A DNA stretch of 64,000 nt from Chiloscyllium plagiosum. Lineage: Eukaryota. Shown here one piece after another: positions 36,936 to 49,559 of this stretch (positions are counted from its first letter, which is position 1; each line of letters opens with the position of its first letter). The notes under the pieces are model-generated. The model did not search any database, was not told the origin of the DNA, and saw nothing but the letters and a program-made list of their open reading frames with translations. Both the position numbers and the translations under genes were made by a program. The stretch lies in the NCBI RefSeq assembly GCF_004010195.1, contig NC_057718.1, positions 87,319,352 through 87,383,351 on the forward strand, read 5' to 3'.

Positions 36936-38469
36936 CCATGTTTATGTAATTAAAACAGCATTATTTAGTTATTATGGAAGTTTCCTTCAGAAAAGCTCTA
37001 GAGTCATACAGCACCGAAACAAACTCTTCAGTCCAACCAGTCCATACAAAATGTAATTCCAAACTAAACTAGTCCCACCTGCCTGCTCCTGGCCCATATC
37101 CTGCCAAACCTCTTATTTTATCCAAATGTCTTTTAAATGTTGATTTTGTACTGCATCCACCACTTTTTCAGTAAGTTCATTTCACATTTCAACCATCTTC
37201 TGTGTTTTTTGAAAAGAATTGCCTATGTCTTTTTAAAATTTCTCTCCTCTCACCTTAAAAATGTGGCCCCCAGTCTTGAAATCCCCCATCCTGGAGAAAA
37301 GACACTACTATTAACTCTGTGCTGGATGGAGTGTGAAGCTGCACACTAAAGATTTAGTTCTAAACAGAATGGATAACCGGAAATGATTTCCTGCTTTTGT
37401 GGGAATAAAACATGTTCAGAGCCAAAAGAACAAAGTTGTGACAGAGAAACTGGGAGAATGGAATGTCCCCTTTAAAGGAGATAGAGTGAAGAAATTTAGA
37501 CCAAGTAGGTGTGGGAGTCAGGTTTATAGTAAATATTAGTGTCCATTTCTATTGCACCTTTTCCAATAATGCAATCTCCCAGAATACCTGGTTCTGGAGA
37601 GTCCTATTTGATGCACTGTTGACTCTTGCTATGTTCACAGATGCTACCAGACCAGCTGAGCATTTTCACTATCTGCAGTGTTTTGCTCTTTCCCATGTTT
37701 ATGCAAACTAACATGATAATGTAACCCTTTAAGCCCTGAATCTACATTGTGCACCCCCAATATCCTCAAAGCTAAATATTTGTGTTCCAGATGGGGTCTG
37801 GCAAAGCTGTATACAACTGAAGCATCACTTGTTCACTTTTATGATCTTGGTTGTTTAATCCTTTTATTATTTTATACTTATTTTTATTTTAATTGTTTAT
37901 GACTATGAATCATTGCTTGCTTTTAGTGTTGTAATCTCAGTTTGACACATGCCACAGCTTATTATTCACAGACAAGCCTAGTTCCTTCAGGTGAAGGCTT
38001 GCATTTTATCTGAATTGTTTTGTGTGAATGTATAAGTTAATTATTTGCACACCTTGAAGGCCAAATTTCTTTGCTGCTCCATTATTTTGAGTTCCAAAAA
38101 TATTCCAGTTTTGCCTTTGGATCAATTTTGGAGATTTTTACTTAATTTGATTTTGCCCATTTGTAACTTCCTACTCCACTTTCTATATCCTTTCCTCCTA
38201 ATTTAGTGATAGAGGAAAACTTAAATATGCAACTTATCATCGCTATTTCCAACTCACAAAACAGTGCAGTGAAAACATAATGGTTTAGTACAAATTCCTG
38301 AAAAGCATCTTTTGTCCCATCCCATTAATCTGTCTCTTACCTCCCAACCAATTTGTATCATGCATTTTAAAGCTGCAGTACTTCTAATACCATTGTCATG
38401 CTTTTCTCTGAATCTCACATGTGGTCCCTTTTCAGACTACTTGTGGAATATTTTTAAGTATTATTTTAT

Positions 38470-39410
38470 TAGTTCGGGGGTATGCCGTTGCTGGCAAGGC
38501 CTAGTTTATTGCCCTTGAGAAGGTTGTGGTCATGTGCTCTCGCCTTGAACTGTTGCAGCCCTTGTGGTGTAAGTGCTCCTAGGGTGCTGTTTGAAAGTGA
38601 TGTCCAGTAACCGTGAAAGAGCGATGACATAATTCAAAGTCAGAAGGATATGTGGCTTAGCAGGGAACTTGCAGGTGATGGTGTTTCGTATGCTGTGCTG
38701 TCTTTATATTTATACATGACCAGATCACAGGTGCTGTCAGAGGCGCCTTGGAGAGTCTTTCCAGTGTGTCTTGTAGGTATTGCACATTGCCACTGTGTAT
38801 CAGTGGTGGAGGAATTGAAAATTGAAGGTGTTGAGTAGAGTTCCAGTCGAGTGCACTGCTTTACCCTGGATGTGTTGCTCATGTTGGAGCTATACTCACC
38901 CAAGCAACCAGAGACTATGCATCTCTCATACCTGACATGCCTGTAGACAACAGACAGACTTTAAGGAATCAGGTTCTGGATCAGTGGTGTTGGAAGAGCA
39001 CAGCAATTCAGGCAGCATCCAACGAGCAGCGAAATTGACGTTTCGGGCAAAAGCCCTTCATCAGGAATAAAGGCAGAGAGCCTGAAGCGTGGAGAGATAA
39101 GCTAGGGGAGGGAGATGAAGGTGATAGGTCAGGGAGGAGAGGGTGGAGTGGATAGGTGGAAAAGGAGCCAGGCAGGTTGGACAAGTCAAGGGGACAGTGC
39201 GGAGCAGGAAGTTTGAAACTAGGATGAGGTTGATTTTAAGGAATCAGGGGTGAGTTACTCTCTGCAGAATTCCCAGTTCCTAACCTGCTCGTGTAGCTAC
39301 AATATTTATATACTGGTCCAATTTCTTGTCAATCAAAACTCCAAGAATGTTTTAAGGAGGGGCTTCCGTGATGGAAATTCCATTGAATGTTAAGAGGCAT
39401 TGGTTGGAAT
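38470..39410 (-). mobile_element. L2/CR1-group LINE 3' fragment, interrupted by a PLE pLTR
   Basis: Reverse-complement similarity to 55250-55870 and to 49560-50200. Confidence 0.65.
38974..39234 (-). mobile_element. Non-inverted Neptune-type PLE pLTR insertion with 14-bp TSD and hammerhead motif
   Basis: TSD tttaaggaatcagg at 38960-38973 and 39235-39248. Minus strand 39033-39068 reads attc-CTGATGA-a-GGGC-tttt-GCCC-GAAAC-GTC-aatt. Confidence 0.85.
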
Positions 39411-40775
39411 AAATTGTATAAAGATACAATTAAGAAACACTCCCTATCCACCTTGTTAGAGGACATCCTCAAATTTGAACTAGTTTAGTAGTTTACACAT
39501 TGCTGGTAAAGCTAGGTGGTTCAGTTATTCATAGTACTGCAGTGATTCATGATGTTGCAGTCTTAGGTACCCAAGCTTTTCACCATGAAACAGTATTCAC
39601 TGCTGGTGTTGTGTACTCATCACAGCAGGTGGTGATGTTGCACTGATTGCTAATACCCTGCCTTGTACATGATGCTGAAATAAAAGCTACTGGAAGAGAA
39701 CACCCTTAATTGAACTGCTGACTTTTGCTGCACAAATGTCAACTACCCCATGAGGCTGTGGTGTTTGATCTGCTTTAAGAAAGCCAATAGTTTCATAATG
39801 TTACTTTGTTAATTTTTAATGTCAGTGAAATTGCACGAATCGCATTACATAACCTTTTGCGCCCCAACAAGAAGCTTTGTGTAACAGCATTAAGAATGAA
39901 ACTGAAAAGGCTGCGCAATCATGTGTTTGTAGCACATTGTGACTTGGTCAAGTTAACTTGAGTATCCAAGGAGAGAAGCCTGACATTTCCTTCTATTTGT
40001 ATAGCCCCCATAGTTCCTCTGAACTCTTGAATTTTATATCTGGTTTGATATTTATTATGAAAAATGTATTTGTCAACTAAAGCTTTGTGGGGAGTTTTAC
40101 TGGGCTTTTACTGCTTTTGGGTTGCATGGAGGGGTTAGTTGCACCTTCAAGATTTTTTTTAAGATTATGCTCATCCCTGTTTGTTCTTTCTTGCCAGAAT
40201 TGATGGAACTGCTTAACCTACTTTTCAATCTGGACTTTGTGTGGTGTTAAATGAACCCTCCTTAAATGAAAATGAGAAAAAGGAACCTGGGTAACTGTAG
40301 AAGCTAATGGATTAATTTTGAAATGTGATTGGTATTCACCAAGTAAAGCAGGGTGCCTCACATAAAAAGTCAAATGAATGGTCAGTTAATTTGTTTTGGT
40401 CATTTTGGTTAAACAATAAATTACTTTTAGTAATAGGGTATCTGCTTTTCTCTGGCATTTTACATGATATCTTGCAATGTGCTAAATTGACATTTGCATT
40501 TTCATTCCTTTATTACAGTGGTAAGCCATTGGGTTGTCTTGTCTCACGTAATCCTCATTGAAAACCATGTAAACATGGAGGCTTCTCTTCTCATGGTCTC
40601 ATATAATAGAGTGCCGTCTGTTTTATTCTTCTATGAACTTCCTGCTAAAGCATTTTTTTTGTTTATTTTGTAGTAAACTTGTTAATTCCAAAACCTGCTT
40701 TTAAATGAAGATAAAGTAATCATAAAATTGCCTGTCCCACCATTTAATTATAAATTTTAAATATAAATTTAAAAA

Positions 40776-41080
40776 GGGGCGGCACAGCGGCTCAGTGGTT
40801 AGCACTGCTGCCTCACAGCGCCAGGGTCCCAGGTTCCATTCCAGCCTCTGGTGACTGTCTGTGTGGAATTTTCACATTCTTCCCGTATCTGTGTGGGTTT
40901 CCTCTGGGTGCTCGGGTTTCCTCCCACAATCCAAAGATGTGCAGGTTAGGTGAATTGGTCATACTAAGTTGCCCGTAGAGTTAGGTGCATTAGTTAGGGG
41001 GAATGGGGTTACTGTTTGGAGGGTTGATGTGGACTTGTTGGACATAAGGGCCTGTTTCCACACTGTAGGGAATCTAATCT
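40776..41080 (+). mobile_element. HE1/V-SINE-type SINE
   Basis: ggggcggcacagcggctcagtggttagcactgctgcctcacagcgccaggg head and (aatct)n tail. Confidence 0.9.
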
Positions 41081-41094
41081 GAAAAAAAAATCAC

Positions 41095-42000
41095 ATCCTC
41101 AAACAATTTGAGTATATTTGTCCAGCATGATTTCCTTTCTGTCCTATTCTTCCACTGTTTTCCAAACGCTCGGTTTATAAATCTTCTATAATGAACTTAA
41201 GCATTTTCCCCCACTACCAACATAAGGTTGACTGATCTGTAATTCCCAGTTTTCTCTCTCTCTCTAGCTTTTTAAATAGGGCAGTTACATTAGCTACCCT
41301 CTAGGCTGAAGCAACTATTCGAGTCTATAAAGTTGTGGAAGATGGCCATCTTTCGGGCTACTTCACTACTGTGATGTATGTGATCAGGCCATGGGTTTTA
41401 TCAGCCTACAACCCCATCTATTTCCCCAATGCCATTTCCTTAATAAAATTGATTTCCTTCAGTTACTCCCTGTCTTTAAACCCAGTGTTTCCCAATATTT
41501 CTGGTATGTTATTTGTGTCCTCCTTTGTGAAGACATATCAAAGTATGTGTTTAATGGTTAGCCATTTCTTCATTCCCCATTATATAAGTCCCCTGTTTCG
41601 GACAATAAGAGATCTACGTTTGTCTCCACCAATCTTTTTTATCTCTAGATATTGATAGAAACTTGTACAGTTTTTGTGTTCCCCACAAACTTAATTTCAT
41701 ACTCTATTTTACCTTTTCGTCAATCCCTTGGCCCTCCTTTGTTGAACTTTAAACTGCTCCCCTCGGGTCTGCTTTTTCTGCCTAATTTGTATACCTCGTG
41801 GATGTAATACAATCTCTAAATTCCCTTTGTAAGCTATGGTATAGGCACTTCCCACATTTTATTTTTGTACCAGACAGGTGTAGGCATATGTTGCCGTTCA
41901 TGCGTGTGTTCTTTGAATGTTTGCAGTTGCCTTTCTACCTTCACCCCTTTTATATAACATCCCCAACAGCATCATAGCCAATTTGAACTTAAACCATTGT
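41095..42000 (-). mobile_element. CR1 LINE ORF2 fragment
   Basis: Colinear with the CR1 relic flanking the 25-bp array (18590-18710 and 23950-24840). Confidence 0.7.
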
Positions 42001-42832
42001 AATTTCCTGTCATAGGGTCATATAGAACAGAGACAGGCCCTTTGGCCCAAGCTGGTCCATGCTGACCAAAATGTCTGTCCATGCTAGCTCTCTTTCCCTG
42101 CACTTCTAAACCTTTCCTATCTATGTATTTGTCAAATGCTGTTTAAGTATTGTTAATGTAACTGCTCAGTCTATGTGTGTATTACCCCCTGTGTAAAACA
42201 GAAGTTTGCCCCTCAGGTTCCCTTTTATTCTTTTATTCTGGTTCAACATCTCCCTATTTAGATTCAGGACTCTAGTCACAGAATCAACTACATCACTGTT
42301 AATGTGATGAATTTCTCATGAAGATAATGATAAAACATCCTAGAGTGTGATCATAGAATTGTATAGTACAGGATGGGTAGTGTATTAGAGACCCCTACTA
42401 TCCTCTAGGTGAAAAATGTTTCACTCAAATTTCTCCTAAATCTCCTGCCTTTCACTTTTAAAGTTTTATTAGCAATATTTGAAACAGCTGCAGAAGGAGG
42501 TATGAAATTGATTAGCAAAAACATGGTCAAAGAAATAGGTTTTCAGGAGTGCTTTCAAAGGTAGAGAGCTTTAGGAAGGGAGTCTCAAAGTTTGTACTCT
42601 GGCAGATGGAGGTATGACCAGTAATGGTGGAGTGACTAAATTTGGGGATGTTTGAGAAATCAGAATTAGGCAAGCAGTGGCATCTTTTGACATTTGAAGG
42701 AGATTAGAAGGATATGGAGGGCACGTGCAAATGTGGAAATGAGCTTCCAAGTTCTGTTTTCACTGGCGATTGCCCTAGTCAATACACAATCCAAACAATT
42801 ACATTGTAAAGAAGGAAGGTTACCACAGAATG

Positions 42833-43146
42833 AGATTAGATTAGATTACTTAGTGTGGAAACAGGCCCTTCGGCCCAACAAGTCCACACCGACCCGCCGA
42901 AGTGCAACCCACCCATATCCCTACATTTACCCCTTTACCTAACACTACGGGCAATTTAGCATGGCCCATTCACCTGACCTGTACATCTTTGGACTGTGGG
43001 AGGAAACCAGAACACCCGGAGGAAACCCACGCAGACATGGGGAGAATGTGCAAATTCCACACAGTCAGTCGTCTGAGTCGGGAATTGAACCCGGGTCTCT
43101 GGTGCTGTGAGGCAGCAGTGCTAATCACTGTGCCACCGTGCCGCCC
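42833..43146 (-). mobile_element. HE1/V-SINE-type SINE (young, CpG-retaining)
   Basis: Reverse complement begins gggcggcacggtggcacagtgattagcactgctgcc and ends with (aatct)n. Confidence 0.9.
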
Positions 43147-44269
43147 GTGAGGAGACATAAATGCCAGTTTGACAATATTGCAAGATTATAGTCCCAGTAA
43201 ATAAAATTCCTCAGAGAAAAACAGAAAGCTCCTGGTTATCACTACCAAAATTAGTTTAATTTTTGATCCAAACCGCCAAAACAAATTAACTGGTCATTCA
43301 TTTAATTTGCATGTGTGACCCCCTGCTGGACACTTCATGTGCAAATTGAAAGACATACTGACTGATTTCCTGTTATATTGAAACGCACTTTGTTCTACTT
43401 CTAATCCTATAATTTTGAGTAATCGGTCTTAATTGTATTTGTGGTACTTCTCGAATTTAAGAATATCTGCAATTATTTTGAGTGAGGCTTCATTTACAGT
43501 TCCTATTTGTGGTTCCCTCATAATGGAGAAACCATTAATTAACATCTGTTGAACAGAAAGTCCAAGTGGGTTTTATTTCACAAACAACTTGACAGGCCTG
43601 CTTTTTTTAAACGTACTGTAAAAGTTCATAAAAAATGATCTATCTGATTTACATTCTGACTACTTTGGTAGTTATTCAGTTTGTACCTCATTCAGTGATG
43701 GTTTGTATACCTTCTACACCAAGTTTTCTTTTGGAATTGGAATTTGAGCTTTCAATTGAAAAATAGAAGTGTTTGCCTTTCTCTAGTTATGAGCTGACCA
43801 GGGACCAGAAACTCTTGGCAATAACACTTTCTAGATTATAGAACTTTTCCTTGCCTGATCTGATGAACTATTTAAGGTCCAGATTGAAAACTAAGTTGAG
43901 TGGTATTGAATTTTCATGCTTTTTGACTTTAAATGGATGTAGTCAAAAGGAGTTTAAATGATTCTGGAGCCTCATTACATCAGTATCTAAAAGCCCCTTG
44001 TAATTAGTGGATTGCATTTGCCCGGTTGAGTGCCCCATTGGAAGAGATGGATACTGCGAGAGAGCTCTAGAGAACCTGCAAATGGTCGCACTTTCGAAAG
44101 TATGCAAAAGGTTGAACAGCCAAGAGCTGTTAGAAATATCCATATTTGAAGAAACATTCTGTAAGAATTGTTATATGGCAAATGAAAATCCCTGGAGCTA
44201 AGCAGTAGCCTCCTCATTTGTTAGGTTATGATGACTTATCTACTGTTTATTTTGTAGAGGGGAAACTCC

Positions 44270-44790
44270 TTTGTAATGTGCTGCATTGTTTGTTTCTCTG
44301 CAAATGCGTAAAGTGCTTGTACCAAGGCCCCACCAGTGGAAGTTGGCTGCATTGGAGCCCTGATTTGTTTTGAACTTGTTTAATAAGGGCCAATCTCACC
44401 ATGGTAATTCAAAGCCTGCCATTCAACAGATGGGATTTGTCACGAGAAATATAATTGTGATTTCTCATATTTCCCATTTGTTGATCTAAAAGATATCTGG
44501 TGGATCTTGTTTTATGGCGATTTTATTCCATTTGGATGCCAAAGTGGAAGACTGGGTGAAGTAGATAGAATGAACAGGTGATTGTGGAATAGTGCATATG
44601 GTTTCAAAGTTTGTGGGTTTTCATCATCAAGTGTTTGAGGAGTGATATTTAAGAGCACAGTAAGCCAAGGATTTGGAAGTACTGATGGGTTTCAATTATG
44701 CACATTGTTGAATTTGATTGAATGCAACAAACATGTGCCTTTGTGAACCTCCTAAGGACTACCTTGAAACAAAGCTGATATCTGATATAT
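44270..44790 (+). mobile_element. Possible Gypsy LTR/gag-start relic
   Basis: Near 44530 it reads AKVEDWVK*IE, resembling the Gypsy gag N-terminal 'EDWxxYxER' motif. Heavily decayed. Confidence 0.35.
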
Positions 44791-44794
44791 AGGC

Positions 44795-45235
44795 ATCTTC
44801 TTACAAGGAGGGGTTAAGTAGATTAGGCCTATACTTCTTGAAATGGAGAAGAATGAGAGGTGGCCTTTTTTTTTTGAGCCATATAAGAGTTTGAGGACTT
44901 GACAGAGTAGTTGCAGAAAGGTTGTTTTCTCTTATGGCAGATCCTAGCACCAGTGAACATAATCTCAGAATAAATGGTCCCACATTTAAGACAAAAATGA
45001 GGAGGAATTTCTTCGGAGGATTGTGAATCTGTGGAATTCCTTACCACAGATGGCTGTAGAGTTGGATCATTAAGTCTATTCAAGGCTGAGTGAGATTTTT
45101 AATTAAAGGAATCAAGGGTTAGAGGGAAAGGACAGGAAAATGGAGTTGAGGATGATCAGATCAATCATGATCTCATTGAGTCTTCTATACTATGCAGTGG
45201 GCTGAAGAGCCAGTCATATTCCTATGTTTCACGGT
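44795..45235 (+). mobile_element. CR1 LINE 3' fragment
   Basis: YKEGLSRLGLYFLKWRRMRG is homologous to the CR1 ORF2 C-terminus in ORF 52654-53238. Confidence 0.75.
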
Positions 45236-45596
45236 CTTGTGTGGGAGATTATCTTTGCCAGATAGTTCACACTGTTTCAGAGTGTGTTAGGGCAAGTACA
45301 GAGGTGATGAGTGTTGCAACAGTACAGAGTTTTCTGCATTTTTCTAATATTCCCCAAAAGACAAGATCCTATTTAAACACTTTTCCCAAATATGTTGAGT
45401 TGGGGTCATGGTTGAGTTCTGACCATCCGTGTGGATATTCAATTCTTCATTGGCATTGTGGAGTTAGAATACATTGCATATGGTTTCAGAGGGATTCACT
45501 GAGATCTTTGTAACATTTGTTGTTAAGGATCTAGTACAGGGTGCAGTAGTTGAACTTTGGTAGCATAACAGATGCAAATAAGAACTTGACATCTGA

Positions 45597-45905
45597 TTTC
45601 TTAAAGTGTGGAAACAGGCCCTTCGGCCCAACAAGTCCACACTGACCCTCCGAAAAGCAACCCACCCAGACCCATTTCCCTACCTTTACCCCTTCACCTA
45701 ATACTACGGGCAATTTAGCATGGCCAATTCAACTAACCTGCACATCTTTAGACTGTGGGAGGAAACCGGAGCACCCGGAGGAAACCCACACAGAACAGGG
45801 GAGAATGTGCAAACTCCACACAGACAGTTGCCTGAGGCGGGATTTGAACCCAGATCTCTGGTGCTGTGAGGCAGCAGTGCTAACCACTGTGCCACCGTAC
45901 TGCCT
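45597..45905 (-). mobile_element. HE1/V-SINE-type SINE
   Basis: Near-identical architecture to 42833-43146. Confidence 0.9.
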
Positions 45906-46039
45906 GGGTGATTGTTGGCATTACATTTGTATTATACATAGTGGAATCTTTGGGGCTAGCATGGAGTCCTGTGGATTATTTCGGGGGGGTGCGGTATTGG
46001 TGTATAAGAGTAGTAGGGATTACTGCAACTGTGAAAGGT

Positions 46040-46540
46040 GAAGTTGAGACCATATCTGGAGTACTGAGAGCAGTTTTAGTTCTCATATTATTTCTTTGGA
46101 GGCAGTCAGACGATTTACTAGGACAATTCCTGGTATGAAGGGATTGTATTATAAGAAAAGATTGGGACTGTACTTATTGTAATTTAAGAGAATAAGAGGT
46201 GATCTAATTGAAACGTAAAGGATTCTCAAGGGGCTAAACAAGATAAATACTGATAGGATATTTCTCCTCCTGGAAGAGTCTAAGACCAGAGAGCAATAAA
46301 GGAGTGCCAATTTAAGAATGAGGTCACTTATGATTGCATGCCTTTGGAACTCTTTGCCATAGAGAGCTGTCATCCTTGTGTATATTTAAGGCTGTGATAG
46401 ATGCATGATCAGCAGGAGAATCAAGGGTTCTGGGGGAAAAAGCAGGAAAATGGATGTGAGGGCTGTCAGGTCAGTTGTGGTCCTATTGAATGGCGGAATT
46501 GGCTCAAGGGGGCAAACTGTCAACTCCTGTTCCTATTTCT
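46040..46540 (+). mobile_element. CR1 LINE 3' fragment
   Basis: catatctggagtactg...agaataagaggtgatctaattgaaac (RGDLIE) motif. Confidence 0.72.
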
Positions 46541-48359
46541 TGTGGCCACGCATTACCAATCTTATCCATGCATTTTTCCCTTGTGAAAGGTAGACTCTAA
46601 ATCCTGTGTTGCGGACAAGTGTTTTAATAACTGCCCTGGTTCAGGTTGGAAGCTGAATAGCTTTGGTTCTAGACCAGTATGGCACATTGTACCATAGCCA
46701 GCTAATTTCAGCACATGCTTGGAGATCATTTTTCAGTGCAAGTGGTGAATGCCAGAACTTGATCATATCATACATCCCTGTTGGAAGCCAACTTGGTCAA
46801 CATTAAGGATGATCTCTACATCTGGAAATATAGGTTCGGGCTAAATTCAAAGATCTTGAAACAAGTAGGAAGTGGTGAACTCGGTTAATAGCTTGCCATC
46901 AATGTAAAGTCTTTTCCATATTTTGCTGTATTTCATATCTTCAGAAGTGACTTCTTCTGGTGAAGAACTGTGGTGGACAGGCATGAGTATGGGGTCAATT
47001 TCATCAGTGGACTGCAAACCTCTATCCATGTTAGTACTTTTCCTATTGTACCAAATGCCTGAATTTTTCAATCAGCCTTCTATGAGACATCATATTGAAT
47101 GCCTTTTGAGAAGCAATTGAATCATTAAGGAACATTTTCACACGACAAAGCGCTAACATCTGCAGTGTGCTACCTCTGACTCTGGTAGGGCAGGTTCAAT
47201 AAAGGCATTCAAGATGGAATATGATTGTTACCTGAAAAAGAATTTGTAGTTTAAAGAGAAGATAGGGAAATAGCACTAGGTGCATTGCTTGTCAGAGGAT
47301 TGACACATGCTACAATAATGTTGGTTTCTGAGGTGTAATCAGAGTTTCACAAACCAAATGATACATAGCAGGCTTTTGCTGGTAGCAAACAAAATGAATG
47401 ACCAGTTGATTTTTAGTGACTTTGAGTGATATAGGTTGGATAGGATACTGGTTCCCATTTTTAAGGGAAGTAAAGTGTCTGTATACAGTAACATTCCTCG
47501 AGGAGGTTAACATTCATGTTTGCGCACGTCCTGTGGAGGTCTCACATGATTTGTGGGTAGAGACAAGGAATTCTACTCCAGCTTTTGGAGAGAACAAATG
47601 TATCTGCATCAGCACCTTAAGGTCCGAGTGATTAGCCTGACCAAATGTGATTGATTGAACTAAATGTTTCCATGCAATAAAGCTTATTCTTAATCAAGAA
47701 CAGTTTTTTTTGTCCCTGACAGATATTCAACAGTGGTGTAGCTCTGCCTCTAACCACTAGACAGACCCAAGGCAAAGGAGGATTGAGTTCTAACAAACTA
47801 CCTCTCATAACCTTACACAATAGCATATGCTGGTAGAGGTGGCAAATATTACAAGGTACCAGGAGTAGTTATCTGGGAAAACACCACAATATCTTGTATA
47901 CCTGTACAAATTGGTTGGATTACCCATTAACAGAACTGACAGAGATTTGTTGGTGCTGTTGAGGTGGGTTTAAACTAGCTCCTCAGGGGAATGGTTATCT
48001 GAGGGGTAACCCAATGATGTTAGCCACAGGAAGTTGAAAAGAAGCTAGGGAGACTAGAAAATGGGCGAAATGAAGTCAAGCAGCATGCCTGCTTTGAAAT
48101 CAGAAAGATATCAAAAACATAAAGTTAAGAGCCACTCTCACCAAATACACTGCACGTTTGCAAAAATGTAGACGATGTAAGGCAAAAATAGACATGGATT
48201 TGATTTAATTGCCATGACAAACATGGTTGAATGGTGACCAAGACATGAATTATATATTTTAAGGGTGTTCAATGTTTAGAACGAACAGCCAAAAAAAAGA
48301 GGTAGTGGACTTGTGCTGATCATAAAGGATGGGAGAGTCTCATGAAAAATAGGGTGTGG

Positions 48360-49142
48360 TGTTATGAAGTTGAAGACATGTACCTTTAGGAATGAGTGAA
48401 TGTTGTTCTGAACTGAGATTACGAGCAGTTATATATACGACTGAATGATAGTCCGAGTTTTCTGCAGAATTGAAAATACATAACATTTACCTGTGAAATG
48501 GTTTTGAGTTTTGGTTGCTCATTTGACAACTCGAATTTAACCAATCAGTTTAAATTATGTTCCAGAATATTAAAACCCAATTGAGTTTGAATTTATTGTT
48601 TTGCTAACATCTAACCAATGACACAGTCTGATGTTGGAGATATCAGAATGCAGACGTTTTGAAAATAGGTCAGAGAGCAACTGCCATAGAGAGGAAAAAC
48701 TGCTGGAGAGCTAACTGCCAATCTAGCATCTTCCTTTCAAAGAAATTAGAAAACACACTCTATTAAAGGTACCTTTTCATGTGAAACATAGTCACAGTAC
48801 AAAGAAAGACAACAACCCAGGGAGATCAGCGGAAAGAGTGAAGACGCAGAAGAAGACAGACTGGTTTTGAGATTAACTTAATGTAAAAGCATCTTATTGG
48901 AACATTCCTATTTTTAGAGAGTTGGAGTCACATAGTAAGTAGTTGAGAAAGGGGGAATTGGTTTTGTGAAGTTTTTTTGTTTAATGTTCACTGTTAGAGT
49001 TAGAAAAATAAATTGATATTTTTTCTTTAAATAGTGGAAGCTGAGAGTTCTGTCACTTACATTTTAACAGATTACAAAGCAAGGCGAGTTTTTCTGGATG
49101 TTTGATTTAATTAAGAGGGGTTCGACCTTCCATATCGTAATA
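48360..49142. mobile_element. Solo LTR (about 783 bp) with 4-bp TSD, inserted in a CR1 endonuclease relic
   Basis: Termini TGTTATGA...TCGTAATA form an imperfect inverted repeat (TG...CA decayed to TA). GTGG is duplicated at 48356-48359 and 49143-49146. CCAAT boxes (~48541, ~48615) and AATAAA (~49007) lie inside. The host CR1 resumes as gtggaatctg (VES..). Confidence 0.72.
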
Positions 49143-49559
49143 GTGGAATCTGTTTTGGGTGGAGCCAAGTAACAACATACATTGAGTTGGAATTGTTTAC
49201 AGGCCTTCGAATAGTAGAGGTAGTGTGGGGCATGGTGTTAATCAGGAGCTGAGAGAATCATGCGGCATGGCCAACATGGCTGTCATCAAGTGACTTGAAT
49301 CTGCAAAAAGACTAAGTAAATCAGCTGAACACTAAAGCTGCAGAAGGTTGGTTTTCCAGAGCAGTATGTTGAGGAACAGATTAGATTTGGTATTATGTAA
49401 TGCAGAAGGGCTAATTAACCATCTTTTTGGAAAATAACTTTTTAGGATCAGTGAACACAATATGATTAGGATCTTACATTGTTTGAAAGTCAGGGTTCAT
49501 TGTCAAATAGAGGTGTTGAATTTGAATAAGGAAAGTCATTAAGACATAAGGCACTTTTT

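Noticed and set aside
39590..40620. Possible conserved non-coding enhancer in repeat-free intron (also ~43600-44260)
   Set aside because: Absence of repeats is the only evidence. Cross-species alignment would be needed.
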